A DNA stretch of 32,076 nucleotides, from positions 1 to 32,076 of IMG/VR virus record IMGVR_UViG_2802429236_000001; one strand, written 5' to 3'. The translations under genes and the position numbers were made by a program. Under the pieces are notes generated by a model. The model did no database searches. It was not told the DNA's origin and was given only the letters and a program-made list of their open reading frames with translations. Source of the stretch: a virus. Lineage: Duplodnaviria; Heunggongvirae; Uroviricota; Caudoviricetes. This document shows positions 7,457 to 15,763 of this stretch, piece after piece (within the stretch, counting starts at the first letter, position 1; each line of letters opens with the position of its first letter).

Positions 7457-8067
7457 TGAACCAACAATTATTTCAAAAGGCGGCTGGTATTAGCGCCGGG
7501 CTGGCTGCGCGCTGGTTTCCGCACATTGATGCGGCGATGAAGGAATTCGGCATTACAGCACCAGCGGATCAGGCAATGTTTATCGCTCAGGTAGGCCATG
7601 AGTCGATGGGGTTTAGCGCCGTAGTTGAAAATTTTAACTACACACCATCTGCGCTGGTGGCGACGTTCGGAAAGAGGATCACACAGCAGCAGGCTGATGC
7701 CCTTGGTAGAACATCCGGACATGCAGCTCGTCAGGATGCTATTGCCAATCTGGTGTATAGCAACCGACTGGGTAACAAAGCACCCGGTGATGGCTGGAAA
7801 TATCGTGGTAGAGGATTAATTCAAATCACTGGTCTCCGTAATTATTGCATCTGTGGCTACGCACTAAAACTCGACCTTGTTACCCAGCCTGAATTGCTGG
7901 AACAGGATGAATACGCCGCGCGCTCAGCTGCGTGGTTCTATGCTTCCCGCGGTTGCCTGCTTCATTCTGGCGACCTGGGACGCGTCACGCTGCTTATTAA
8001 TGGCGGTAGTAACGGTCTGGATAAACGCCGCGCGCTGTTTAACCTGGCGAAATCGGTGCTGGTGTGA
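7456..8067 (+). CDS. Endolysin, glycoside hydrolase family 19 (chitinase-like)
   Basis: 203 aa; QVGHESMGF...YRGRGLIQITGLRNY...INGG.NGLDKR resembles GH19 phage endolysins, recalled from memory. Confidence 0.75.
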   Translation: MNQQLFQKAAGISAGLAARWFPHIDAAMKEFGITAPADQAMFIAQVGHESMGFSAVVENFNYTPSALVATFGKRITQQQADALGRTSGHAARQDAIANLVYSNRLGNKAPGDGWKYRGRGLIQITGLRNYCICGYALKLDLVTQPELLEQDEYAARSAAWFYASRGCLLHSGDLGRVTLLINGGSNGLDKRRALFNLAKSVLV

Positions 8068-8182
8068 GGGACGGCGGCAAGTTATCCAAGCACCCATGTA
8101 ATTTAAAAAACTGGGTAGAAAGAGATGGACCGCAGGAAGAATGGCTGCTATTCTTCAGTTACTTTCGCTGGAGATGTATGGA

Positions 8183-9064
8183 ATGCTTAAAAAAGCGACA
8201 ATTAATATAAAAACTGATGAGATAAATCTCTATCAAGGAGACTGTCTTGAGTTGCTAACCATGATGGACGATTCTTCTGTAGATCTCATCGTTACTTCAC
8301 CACCGTATGCAGATCAACGAAAGAGGACTTATGGTGGCATTGCCCCTGACAAGTATGTTGACTGGTTTTCACCTATAGCGGAGCAACTGCTACGGGTTCT
8401 TAAGCCTTCAGGCTCCTTTGTGCTTAACATTAAAGAGAAGGTAGTGAATGGCGAAAGACATACATATGTTTTAGAGCTTATTCTTAAAATGCGAGAGCTG
8501 GGTTGGCTGTGGACAGAAGAATATATCTGGCATAAGAAGAATTCATTCCCTGGTAAATGGCCTAATAGATTCAGAGATTCTTGGGAACGCTGTCTGCACT
8601 TTACAAAAAACAGAAAGTTTGCAATGTACCAAGAAGCGGTTATGGTTCCTGTGGGGGACTGGAAGAATGAGAGGCTAAAAAAATTAAGCTCGCGGGACAT
8701 GATGAGGGATGAGTCGCGAGTTGGTAGTGGGTTCGGAAAGAACATTTCAAACTGGCAGGGAAGAGAAATGGCATACCCGACGAATGTGCTGCACATGGCA
8801 ACTGAATGTGGTAACAAAGGCCACAGTGCAGCATTCCCCGAAGTTCTTCCTGAATGGTTTATTCGTTTGTTTACAACAGAAGGCGATGTTGTTTTGGATC
8901 CGTTTGCAGGCTCAGGCACTACACTTGTGGCGGCATCTCGCCTGTCCAGAAAGTCAGTAGGTTTTGAATTGCTTGATGAACACTGCCAAGTAGCTAAAGA
9001 ACGACTTGGGCTGGAAAGAAAAAGGTTAACTAGCGTAGTAAGTTACAGCAAAAAAGCTGAATAG
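8183..9064 (+). CDS. Orphan beta-class DNA amino-methyltransferase (motif IV TSPPY, motif I DPFAGSGTT), possibly N4-cytosine type
   Basis: Motif order IV-then-I defines the beta class. SPPY rather than D/NPPY is more typical of N4C enzymes, which is an inference. Markedly AT-rich relative to flanking genes. Alternative starts at 8141 and 8174. Confidence 0.7.
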   Translation: MLKKATINIKTDEINLYQGDCLELLTMMDDSSVDLIVTSPPYADQRKRTYGGIAPDKYVDWFSPIAEQLLRVLKPSGSFVLNIKEKVVNGERHTYVLELILKMRELGWLWTEEYIWHKKNSFPGKWPNRFRDSWERCLHFTKNRKFAMYQEAVMVPVGDWKNERLKKLSSRDMMRDESRVGSGFGKNISNWQGREMAYPTNVLHMATECGNKGHSAAFPEVLPEWFIRLFTTEGDVVLDPFAGSGTTLVAASRLSRKSVGFELLDEHCQVAKERLGLERKRLTSVVSYSKKAE

Positions 9065-9116
9065 GTTTCTGGTTTATGGTAGTTTTCTCCTTGGTTAACC
9101 AAAGAAGGAAAATACA

Positions 9117-9398
9117 ATGTCAGGAACATGCATCATTGAAGGATGTGGTAGACATGCAGATAAAATTATCGGTGTGCGTCTGAGACGTGAACTGGATAAT
9201 TTATCTGCAATTTGGGCCCACAATACTAACGCTTATTTGTGTGATGAACATGCAGCTATGGGATTTGATGTAGAAGTAACATTTACCCCTCGGGATGACA
9301 AGACCATTAGAACAGTTGTAAGCAACGGTGATGGTGATCCAGTTGTTCGACTGAAAGCAATCACCAAACCTGTCAACCCAGATGGAACGGAAGACTGA
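9117..9398 (+). CDS. Small Cys/His-rich hypothetical protein (93 aa)
   Basis: RBS AAGGAAAA. Cys5, Cys10, His13, His35, Cys42, His45 could form a zinc site. Followed by a strong terminator. Co-located with the MTase. Confidence 0.5.
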   Translation: MSGTCIIEGCGRHADKIIGVRLRRELDNLSAIWAHNTNAYLCDEHAAMGFDVEVTFTPRDDKTIRTVVSNGDGDPVVRLKAITKPVNPDGTED

Positions 9399-9416
9399 GG
9401 TTAGTATATTTATTAT

Positions 9417-9441
9417 AAAACCGCCTTCGGGCGGTTTTTTT
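9417..9441 (+). terminator. Intrinsic terminator ending the MTase moron
   Basis: AAAACCGCC-ttcg-GGCGGTTTT followed by TTTTTA. Confidence 0.7.
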
Positions 9442-9467
9442 ATGCTTGCAAAAACTAAACTGCTGAG

Positions 9468-9745
9468 ATGGTAAAGATAATGGGAATCATAGAAATTATT
9501 GCTAGCGGTATTGTTGTGCTGGTTGCAGCCGCACTCAGCGTTTTTTACTGGCAATGTTCGTGGTTGTGGAAAAGTAGCAGAGAAAGCCAAACAGCAGCGC
9601 ACCGAAGAGAACGCAGTGGCGATCGTTGCAGCAATATCTGGGCTTCACTGCCGGGGCTGGTTATGGTCAGTTTGAGCATAAAGTTGACAGCCTGATTGCA
9701 AAATTCAAAGAAGCTGGCGGAACGGTCAGAGAGATTGAGGTATGA
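9468..9745 (+). pseudogene. Chimeric, frameshifted remnant: unknown TM-encoding 5' fragment joined to the 3' end of a lambda-type R endolysin gene
   Basis: From about 9621 the track frame reads DRCSNIWASLPG. After an apparent 1-nt deletion the next frame reads [27 protein letters not shown] and stops in the ATGA overlap with Rz. This matches the lambda R C-terminus as I recall it (...DRCSNIWASLPGAGYGQFEHKADSLIAKFKEAGGTVREIDV). The 5' part has no clear RBS. Confidence 0.5.
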
Positions 9746-10185
9746 GCAGAGTCACCGCGATTATCTCCGTTCTGGTTATCTGCATCATCGTCTGCCTGTC
9801 ATGGGCGGTTAATCATTACCGTGATAACGCCATCACCTACAAAAAGCAGCGCGATAAGGCCGCATCCATTATCGCTGACATGCAGAAACGTCAAAGTAAT
9901 GTAGCTGAACTCGATGCCAGATATACAAAGGAGCTTGCTGATGCTAACGCGACTATCGAAAGTCTTCGTGCTGATGTTTCTGCTGGTCGTAAGTGGCTGC
10001 ACGTCAAAGCAGTCTGTCCGGACATGCATAAAACCACCGCCGCCTCCGGCGTGGATGATGCTTCCAGCCCCAGACTTACTGACACCGCTCAACGGGATTA
10101 TTTCGTTCTCAGAGAGCGCATCGAAACCATAACTAACCAATTGAATGGCCTGCAAGAGTATGTGAGATCACAGTGTTCATATTAG
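9742..10185 (+). CDS. Rz: i-spanin Rz (lambda-type)
   Basis: 147 aa; [34 protein letters not shown]...[18 protein letters not shown] is near-identical to lambda Rz at both ends. Confidence 0.85.
   Translation: MSRVTAIISVLVICIIVCLSWAVNHYRDNAITYKKQRDKAASIIADMQKRQSNVAELDARYTKELADANATIESLRADVSAGRKWLHVKAVCPDMHKTTAASGVDDASSPRLTDTAQRDYFVLRERIETITNQLNGLQEYVRSQCSY
9941..10132 (+). CDS. Rz1: o-spanin Rz1 (lipoprotein), embedded in the +1 frame of Rz
   Basis: Lipobox VVSGC, then TSKQSV...[10 protein letters not shown]...TPLNGIIS, matching lambda Rz1. Start chosen at the Met giving a 19-residue signal peptide; 9914 and 9974 are alternatives. Confidence 0.75.
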   Translation: MLTRLSKVFVLMFLLVVSGCTSKQSVRTCIKPPPPPAWMMLPAPDLLTPLNGIISFSESASKP

Positions 10186-10223
10186 AAAAGTCTTATCATG
10201 AGATTTTTGTATATGGATGCATT

Positions 10224-10598
10224 ATGTCTCAATACGCGCGCGCCGCTTTAATCGCTTATCATTTGGTTGCTGATAGCTCAATGCCTCCTCGTGATGTATG
10301 GGATACAGCTGTCGCAGAGGTTACAGAAAGCGAATCGTCAAGAAAGAAGATATGCCCAAGGGCAACATTTCTCGCCCTAGCGGATAGCGGTTACCTCAAG
10401 AATGTAAAACCACTGCATGGGGAGAAAAAGGGCGGTAAGTTGTACCAAAGGGCAATTGAAGTTGCGAATCTGATTCTTGATTTACCCGGAATCAGTAAAG
10501 CTGAATTGGTTGATAAAACTGGTTACAAAGACAGGCAAGGGTCTTATGACCTGATTCTCGCTCTGTATCATCATGAGCAACTCCAGCGACCGGAATAA
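10224..10598 (+). CDS. Hypothetical protein (about 124 aa), accessory/moron candidate
   Basis: Open frame 10173..10598 in the track. No convincing RBS, so the start is uncertain. Lower GC than the core genes. No family recognised. Confidence 0.4.
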   Translation: MSQYARAALIAYHLVADSSMPPRDVWDTAVAEVTESESSRKKICPRATFLALADSGYLKNVKPLHGEKKGGKLYQRAIEVANLILDLPGISKAELVDKTGYKDRQGSYDLILALYHHEQLQRPE

Positions 10599-10715
10599 TT
10601 ATCCCGGCATCAGTGTCAAAAATAGGCAGTGATACGCTATTTTCCTGAAAATACTTTACTAACATTTTATGAGAATTATCCTAGTAAAGTGTTTATTTAA
10701 AAGGAGTTTGGGTTT

Positions 10716-10919
10716 ATGAAAATTCTCTGGGTCATCAGTCTTTTGTGTAGTGCTATTGGATTTATTGAAGGAATCCTCGGGGTTTTCGGTGCTCAGAGTG
10801 CTCCACAACAGGCTGCAGGTGCAGCAATGGGAGTAGCATGGGCAGTTATTCCATATTGTATTTGTCGTGCTATCCAACAATTGCGCCCTCGAGAAGTCAT
10901 TATTAAAAAGGAAGAATGA
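10716..10919 (+). CDS. Small two-helix membrane protein (67 aa), moron candidate
   Basis: Strong RBS AAAGGAG 8-9 nt upstream. Two hydrophobic helices. Flanked upstream by a 9-bp perfect inverted repeat (ACTTTACTA ... TAGTAAAGT, 10644-10681) and downstream by a hairpin plus T-run near 10951-10975. Confidence 0.5.
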   Translation: MKILWVISLLCSAIGFIEGILGVFGAQSAPQQAAGAAMGVAWAVIPYCICRAIQQLRPREVIIKKEE

Positions 10920-10984
10920 CCAGATCTTATCCGGTGTTTTTTCTGTCTAAGCCTCGCGTCGCGGGGCTTTTTATTGGAGCCAGC

Positions 10985-11335
10985 ATGCCACCACGAACCC
11001 CAAAAGCCTGCCGCGTTCGCGGCTGCCGCCAAACCACCACTGACCCGTCAGGCTACTGCGAAAGCCACAAAAGCGAAGGCTGGAAACAATACAAGCCAGG
11101 ACAATCCCGTCACCAGCGCGGCTACGGTTCGAAGTGGGATGTTATCCGCGCGCGCGTGCTGAAGCGTGACAAAGGCCTGTGTCAGTTGTGCCTGCGTGTC
11201 GGTGTGGTGCGTGAGGCGAAAACCGTTGACCACATCATCCCTAAAGCGCATGGCGGCACTGATGCAGACTGCAATCTGCAGAGCCTGTGCTGGCCGTGTC
11301 ATAAGACGAAGACGGCCCGTGAACGACTGAAGTGA
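10985..11335 (+). CDS. HNH endonuclease (packaging-associated, HK97 gp74-like position)
   Basis: 116 aa from the ATG with a GGAG RBS. CQLC...DHIIPKAHGGTDADCNLQSLCWPCHKTKT is an HNH motif. Sits directly upstream of the terminase genes. Confidence 0.75.
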   Translation: MPPRTPKACRVRGCRQTTTDPSGYCESHKSEGWKQYKPGQSRHQRGYGSKWDVIRARVLKRDKGLCQLCLRVGVVREAKTVDHIIPKAHGGTDADCNLQSLCWPCHKTKTARERLK

Positions 11336-11359
11336 TAATAACTCTCAACTATCTGCGGG

Positions 11360-11425
11360 GGAGGGGCGGGTCAAATCCCTGTGACCTGACGTCTTCCGGA
11401 CTGCCCGCCCCATCGTTTTTTTATA
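11360..11425. other. GC-rich dyad plus T-run between HNH and TerS; candidate cos region and/or terminator
   Basis: GGGGCGGG (11364-11371) and CCCGCCCC (11405-11412) are a perfect inverted repeat flanking 33 bp, followed by ATCGTTTTTTTA. The location matches where HK97-like phages carry cos. The exact cut site cannot be determined from sequence. Confidence 0.3.
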
Positions 11426-11461
11426 CCCGCGAAAAATGAAATTTAACCAGGAGTGCCGCAT

Positions 11462-11956
11462 ATGGCTGGAACGGCGGGGCGTTCCGGGCGTCGCCCCAAG
11501 CCAACGGCGCGCAAGGCGCTGGCCGGAAACCCCGGCAAGCGAGCCCTGAACAAAGATGAACCCGTTTTTACGCCCATCAAAGGTGTTGAGCCACCGGAGT
11601 GGTTCGCTGAAGAAGAGCTCCCTCTCGCCACGATCATGTGGCAACTGACAACCAAAGAACTCTGCGGTCAGGGCCTGCTGTGCGTGACTGACCTCGCAGT
11701 GCTTGAGCGGTGGTGCGTAGCCTATGAGTTCTGGCGACGTGCCGTGAAAAATATTGCCAGACAGGGCAACACCATCACCGGTGCAATGGGCGGCATGGTC
11801 AAAAATCCGGAGCTGACCGCCAAAAAAGAACAGGAGTCCGAGATGAGCAGTACGGGGGCAATGCTCGGACTCGACCCCAGCAGCCGCCAGCGTCTGATTG
11901 GCCTGGCGGGGCAGAAGAAAGCCACTAACCCGTTTCTGAAAATTATCGAATCATGA
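11462..11956 (+). CDS. Terminase small subunit (P27 family-like)
   Basis: 164 aa from the ATG after AGGAG. Basic N-terminus [22 protein letters not shown]. Overlaps the TerL start. Confidence 0.7.
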   Translation: MAGTAGRSGRRPKPTARKALAGNPGKRALNKDEPVFTPIKGVEPPEWFAEEELPLATIMWQLTTKELCGQGLLCVTDLAVLERWCVAYEFWRRAVKNIARQGNTITGAMGGMVKNPELTAKKEQESEMSSTGAMLGLDPSSRQRLIGLAGQKKATNPFLKIIES

Positions 11957-13686
11957 GCCGGAAATCTTACCCCAACGTAAATGCTGCAAATCAGTATGCC
12001 CGGGATGTCGTGCGCGGAAAGATTGTTGCCTGCCAGTTTGTGATTCAGGCCTGCCAGCGCCATCTTGATGACCTGATGGCGGAAAAAAGTAAGTCGTTTC
12101 GTTACCGCTTCGACAAGGACCTGGCTGAACGGGCCGCCAAATTTATTCAGCTGTTGCCGCACACCAAGGGTGAGTGGGCATTTAAACGGATGCCCATCAC
12201 GCTGGAGCCGTGGCAGCTATTTGTGATCTGCTGTGCGTTTGGCTGGGTCAATAAAGGCACCCGGTTGCGCCGCTTCCGGGAGGTGTATACCGAAATTCCC
12301 CGTAAGAACGGTAAATCGGCAATCTCTGCCGGTGTTGCCCTGTATTGTTTTGCCTGTGATAACGAGTTTGGCGCGGAAGTGTATTCCGGTGCCACGACAG
12401 AGAAACAGGCGTGGGAAGTCTTTCGTCCGGCGCGACTGATGTGTAAACGCACACCAATGCTGACGGAAGCGTTCGGGATTGAGGTTAACGCCTCAAACAT
12501 GAACCGTCCGGAGGATGGCGCGCGGTTTGAACCGCTGATCGGTAACCCCGGTGATGGTTCATCACCCCACTGTGCGGTGGTGGATGAATATCACGAGCAC
12601 GCCACCGATGCGCTTTACACCACGATGCTTACCGGGATGGGGGCGCGACGTCAGCCACTGATGTGGGCCATCACCACTGCCGGGTACAACATTGAGGGGC
12701 CGTGCTACGACAAGCGGCGGGAAGTCATCGAGATGCTCAACGGCTCGGTGCCCAACGATGAACTGTTCGGGATCATCTATACCGTTGATGAAGGTGACGA
12801 CTGGACCGACCCGCAGGTGCTGGAAAAAGCCAATCCAAATATTGGCGTGTCGGTTTATCGCGAATTTTTGTTAAGTCAGCAGCAGCGTGCGAAAAATAAC
12901 GCCCGTCTGGCAAACGTCTTTAAAACAAAACACCTCAATATCTGGGTGTCGGCGCGTTCGGCGTATTTCAACCTGGTGAGCTGGCAGAGCTGTGAGGATA
13001 AATCACTGACTCTTGAGCAATTCGAGGGGCAGCCGTGCATTCTGGCCTTTGACCTGGCGCGTAAACTGGATATGAACAGCATGGCGCGACTTTATACCCG
13101 CGAGATTGACGGTAAAACGCATTACTACAGTGTGGCCCCTCGTTTCTGGGTACCGTATGACACGGTGTACAGCGTCGAGAAAAATGAAGATCGCCGGACA
13201 GCCGAACGCTTTCAGAAATGGGTGGAAATGGGCGTCCTGACAGTTACCGATGGTGCAGAGGTGGATTATCGCTACATCCTCGAAGAGGCCAAAGCGGCGA
13301 ACAAAATCAGCCCGGTCAGCGAGTCACCCATCGACCCCTTCGGGGCGACCGGGCTGTCACATGACCTTGCTGATGAAGACCTGAACCCCATCACCATCAT
13401 TCAGAACTACACCAACATGTCCGATCCGATGAAAGAGCTGGAAGCGGCGATTGAATCGGGGCGCTTTCATCATGATGGCAATCCCATCATGACCTGGTGT
13501 ATCGGCAACGTGGTCGGCAAAACCATCCCGGGTAACGATGATGTGGTGAAGCCCGTCAAAGAGCAGGCGGAAAACAAAATCGATGGTGCAGTTGCGCTGA
13601 TTATGGCGGTTGGCAGAGCCATGTTGTACGAGAAAGAAGACACGCTGTCTGACCACATTGAGTCCTATGGGATCCGCTCGCTTTAA
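11953..13686 (+). CDS. Terminase large subunit
   Basis: 577 aa, ATGA coupling with TerS. Size, position and ATPase/nuclease-type layout are typical of HK97-like TerL. Confidence 0.85.
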   Translation: MSRKSYPNVNAANQYARDVVRGKIVACQFVIQACQRHLDDLMAEKSKSFRYRFDKDLAERAAKFIQLLPHTKGEWAFKRMPITLEPWQLFVICCAFGWVNKGTRLRRFREVYTEIPRKNGKSAISAGVALYCFACDNEFGAEVYSGATTEKQAWEVFRPARLMCKRTPMLTEAFGIEVNASNMNRPEDGARFEPLIGNPGDGSSPHCAVVDEYHEHATDALYTTMLTGMGARRQPLMWAITTAGYNIEGPCYDKRREVIEMLNGSVPNDELFGIIYTVDEGDDWTDPQVLEKANPNIGVSVYREFLLSQQQRAKNNARLANVFKTKHLNIWVSARSAYFNLVSWQSCEDKSLTLEQFEGQPCILAFDLARKLDMNSMARLYTREIDGKTHYYSVAPRFWVPYDTVYSVEKNEDRRTAERFQKWVEMGVLTVTDGAEVDYRYILEEAKAANKISPVSESPIDPFGATGLSHDLADEDLNPITIIQNYTNMSDPMKELEAAIESGRFHHDGNPIMTWCIGNVVGKTIPGNDDVVKPVKEQAENKIDGAVALIMAVGRAMLYEKEDTLSDHIESYGIRSL

Positions 13687-13697
13687 CTGAGGTAATT

Positions 13698-13880
13698 ATG
13701 ATCATGCTGATTCTCGCGCCTCTGGTAGGCGTGCTGGGTGCGCTTTTGCTGGCATATGGTGCCTGGCTGATTTATCCCCCGGCGGGGTTTGTTGTTGCCG
13801 GGGCGCTGTGCCTGTTCTGGTCGTGGCTGGTGGCGCGATATCTCGACCGTACACAGCCATCTGTCGGCGGAGGTAAATAG
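13698..13880 (+). CDS. Small hydrophobic protein (60 aa) between TerL and portal
   Basis: GAGG RBS 7 nt upstream. Two predicted TM helices. Stop overlaps the portal GTG start. Confidence 0.4.
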   Translation: MIMLILAPLVGVLGALLLAYGAWLIYPPAGFVVAGALCLFWSWLVARYLDRTQPSVGGGK

Positions 13881-15121
13881 TGTTCTTTTCGGGATTATTT
13901 CAACGAAAAAGTGACGCACCGGTGACCACGCCAGCAGAGCTGGCGGATGCTATCGGGCTGTCATATGACACCTATACCGGAAAGCAGATCAGCAGCCAGC
14001 GGGCCATGCGACTGACGGCGGTTTTTTCCTGCGTCAGGGTGCTGGCAGAGTCGGTCGGGATGTTGCCCTGCAATCTGTATCACCTGAACGGCAGCCTGAA
14101 ACAGAGAGCCACCGGCGAACGTCTGCATAAGCTGATCTCCACGCATCCCAATGGCTATATGACGCCGCAGGAGTTCTGGGAGCTGGTGGTCACCTGTCTG
14201 TGCCTGAGGGGAAACTTTTACGCCTACAAAGTGAAAGCATTTGGCGAAGTGGCTGAACTGCTGCCCGTCGATCCCGGCTGTGTGGTACCGAAGCTTAACA
14301 GTAGCTGGGAGCCGGTTTACCAGGTCACATTCCCGGACGGCTCCACGGATGTGCTGACCCAGGAGGATATCTGGCATGTGCGCACGCTGACGCTGGACGG
14401 ACTGGTGGGGCTGAATCCCGTCGCCTATGCCCGCGAGGCAATATCGCTGGCGGCAGCGACCGAAGAGCATGGGGCCAGACTGTTCAGCAATGGTGCGGTG
14501 ACGTCGGGTGTGTTGCGTACAGAGCAGACGCTGTCAGATCAGGCTTACGAGCGCCTGAAGAAAGATTTTGAGGAGCGTCACACCGGGCTTGGCAATGCTC
14601 ACCGCCCGATGATCCTTGAGATGGGGCTGGACTGGAAGTCGATGGCGCTGAACGCCGAGGACAGCCAGTTCCTGGAAACCCGCAAGTTTCAGCTTGAAGA
14701 AATCTGTCGTCTGTTCCGGGTACCGTTGCACATGGTACAGAACACCGATCGCGCCACCTTCAACAATATCGAAGAACTGGGGCTCGGATTTATCAACTAT
14801 TCACTGGTGCCGTATCTGACCCGCATCGAACAGCGGATCAACACCGGACTGGTACGAAAAAGTAAGCAGGGCGTTTATTACGCCAAATTTAACGCCGGGG
14901 CGTTACTGCGCGGGGATATGAAGTCCCGTTTTGAAGCCTACGCCACCGGGATTAACTGGGGAATTTACTCTCCCAATGACTGCCGCGACCTGGAAGATAT
15001 GAATCCGCGTCCCGGTGGGGATGTCTATCTCACACCGATGAACATGACCACGAAACCCTCCGATGGCAGTAAAGCCGGTAAGCAGAAGGATAACGCCAAT
15101 GCAGACGAAACAACGTCTTGA
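13880..15121 (+). CDS. Portal protein (HK97 family)
   Basis: 413 aa, GTG start 6 nt after GGAGG. Position between terminase and prohead protease; sequence typical of HK97-type portals. Confidence 0.8.
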   Translation: MFFSGLFQRKSDAPVTTPAELADAIGLSYDTYTGKQISSQRAMRLTAVFSCVRVLAESVGMLPCNLYHLNGSLKQRATGERLHKLISTHPNGYMTPQEFWELVVTCLCLRGNFYAYKVKAFGEVAELLPVDPGCVVPKLNSSWEPVYQVTFPDGSTDVLTQEDIWHVRTLTLDGLVGLNPVAYAREAISLAAATEEHGARLFSNGAVTSGVLRTEQTLSDQAYERLKKDFEERHTGLGNAHRPMILEMGLDWKSMALNAEDSQFLETRKFQLEEICRLFRVPLHMVQNTDRATFNNIEELGLGFINYSLVPYLTRIEQRINTGLVRKSKQGVYYAKFNAGALLRGDMKSRFEAYATGINWGIYSPNDCRDLEDMNPRPGGDVYLTPMNMTTKPSDGSKAGKQKDNANADETTS

Positions 15122-15749
15122 TGTACCGCTGAGTCTGAAATCTGTCAGTGACTCCGGTGAGTTTGAAGGGTATGGCTCCGTCTTTGGTGTAAAGGACAGC
15201 CACGATGATGTGGTGATGTCCGGGGCATTTGCTGCTTCCCTGCGGGCGTGGAGTGACAGAAAAGCGTTACCTGCGCTGCTCTGGCAGCACCGCATGGATG
15301 AGCCCATCGGTGTTTACACCGAAATGAAGGAAGACGATGTCGGGCTTTACGTCAGGGGGCGGTTGCTCATTGATGATGATCCCCTGGCAAAACGCGCACA
15401 TGCACACATGAAGGCCGGTTCGTTAACCGGCCTTTCTATTGGGTACGTCCTGAAGGACTGGGAATACGACCGGACGAAAGAAGCCTTTCTGCTGAAAGAA
15501 ATCGACCTCTGGGAAGTCAGTCTGGTGACATTCCCGTCTAACGACGAGGCGCGGATCAGCGACGTCAAGAACGCACTGGCCCGCGGGGAAATCCCCGAAC
15601 AGAAAAAAATCGAAAGAGTCCTGCGTGATGTCGGACTCTCCCGTACCCAGGCCAAAGCATTCATGGCCGGGGGCTATGGCGCACTGTCCCTGCGCGACGC
15701 TGAGGATGTGGGCTCTGCACTGAATGCACTGAAAAATCTGAACTTCTAA
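15099..15749 (+). CDS. Prohead maturation protease (HK97 family, S78-like)
   Basis: 216 aa from the internal ATG. Conserved regions GYGSVFGVKDSHDDVV and EVSLVTFPSNDEA. Overlaps the portal gene end. Confidence 0.75.
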   Translation: MQTKQRLDVPLSLKSVSDSGEFEGYGSVFGVKDSHDDVVMSGAFAASLRAWSDRKALPALLWQHRMDEPIGVYTEMKEDDVGLYVRGRLLIDDDPLAKRAHAHMKAGSLTGLSIGYVLKDWEYDRTKEAFLLKEIDLWEVSLVTFPSNDEARISDVKNALARGEIPEQKKIERVLRDVGLSRTQAKAFMAGGYGALSLRDAEDVGSALNALKNLNF

Positions 15750-15763
15750 TCAGGAGAAATACG

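Noticed and set aside
8329-8919. 196-aa minus-strand ORF
   Set aside because: Antisense within the methyltransferase gene, whose + frame carries both catalytic motifs.
9468-9695. Track ORF (75 aa) as an intact gene
   Set aside because: No RBS, and its 3' half is the out-of-frame continuation of a lambda R-like C-terminus; interpreted as a pseudogene remnant.
10659-10880. 73-aa minus-strand Cys-rich ORF
   Set aside because: Overlaps the + strand 67-aa membrane ORF, which has a strong RBS and coherent hydrophobic helices; the minus ORF has neither.
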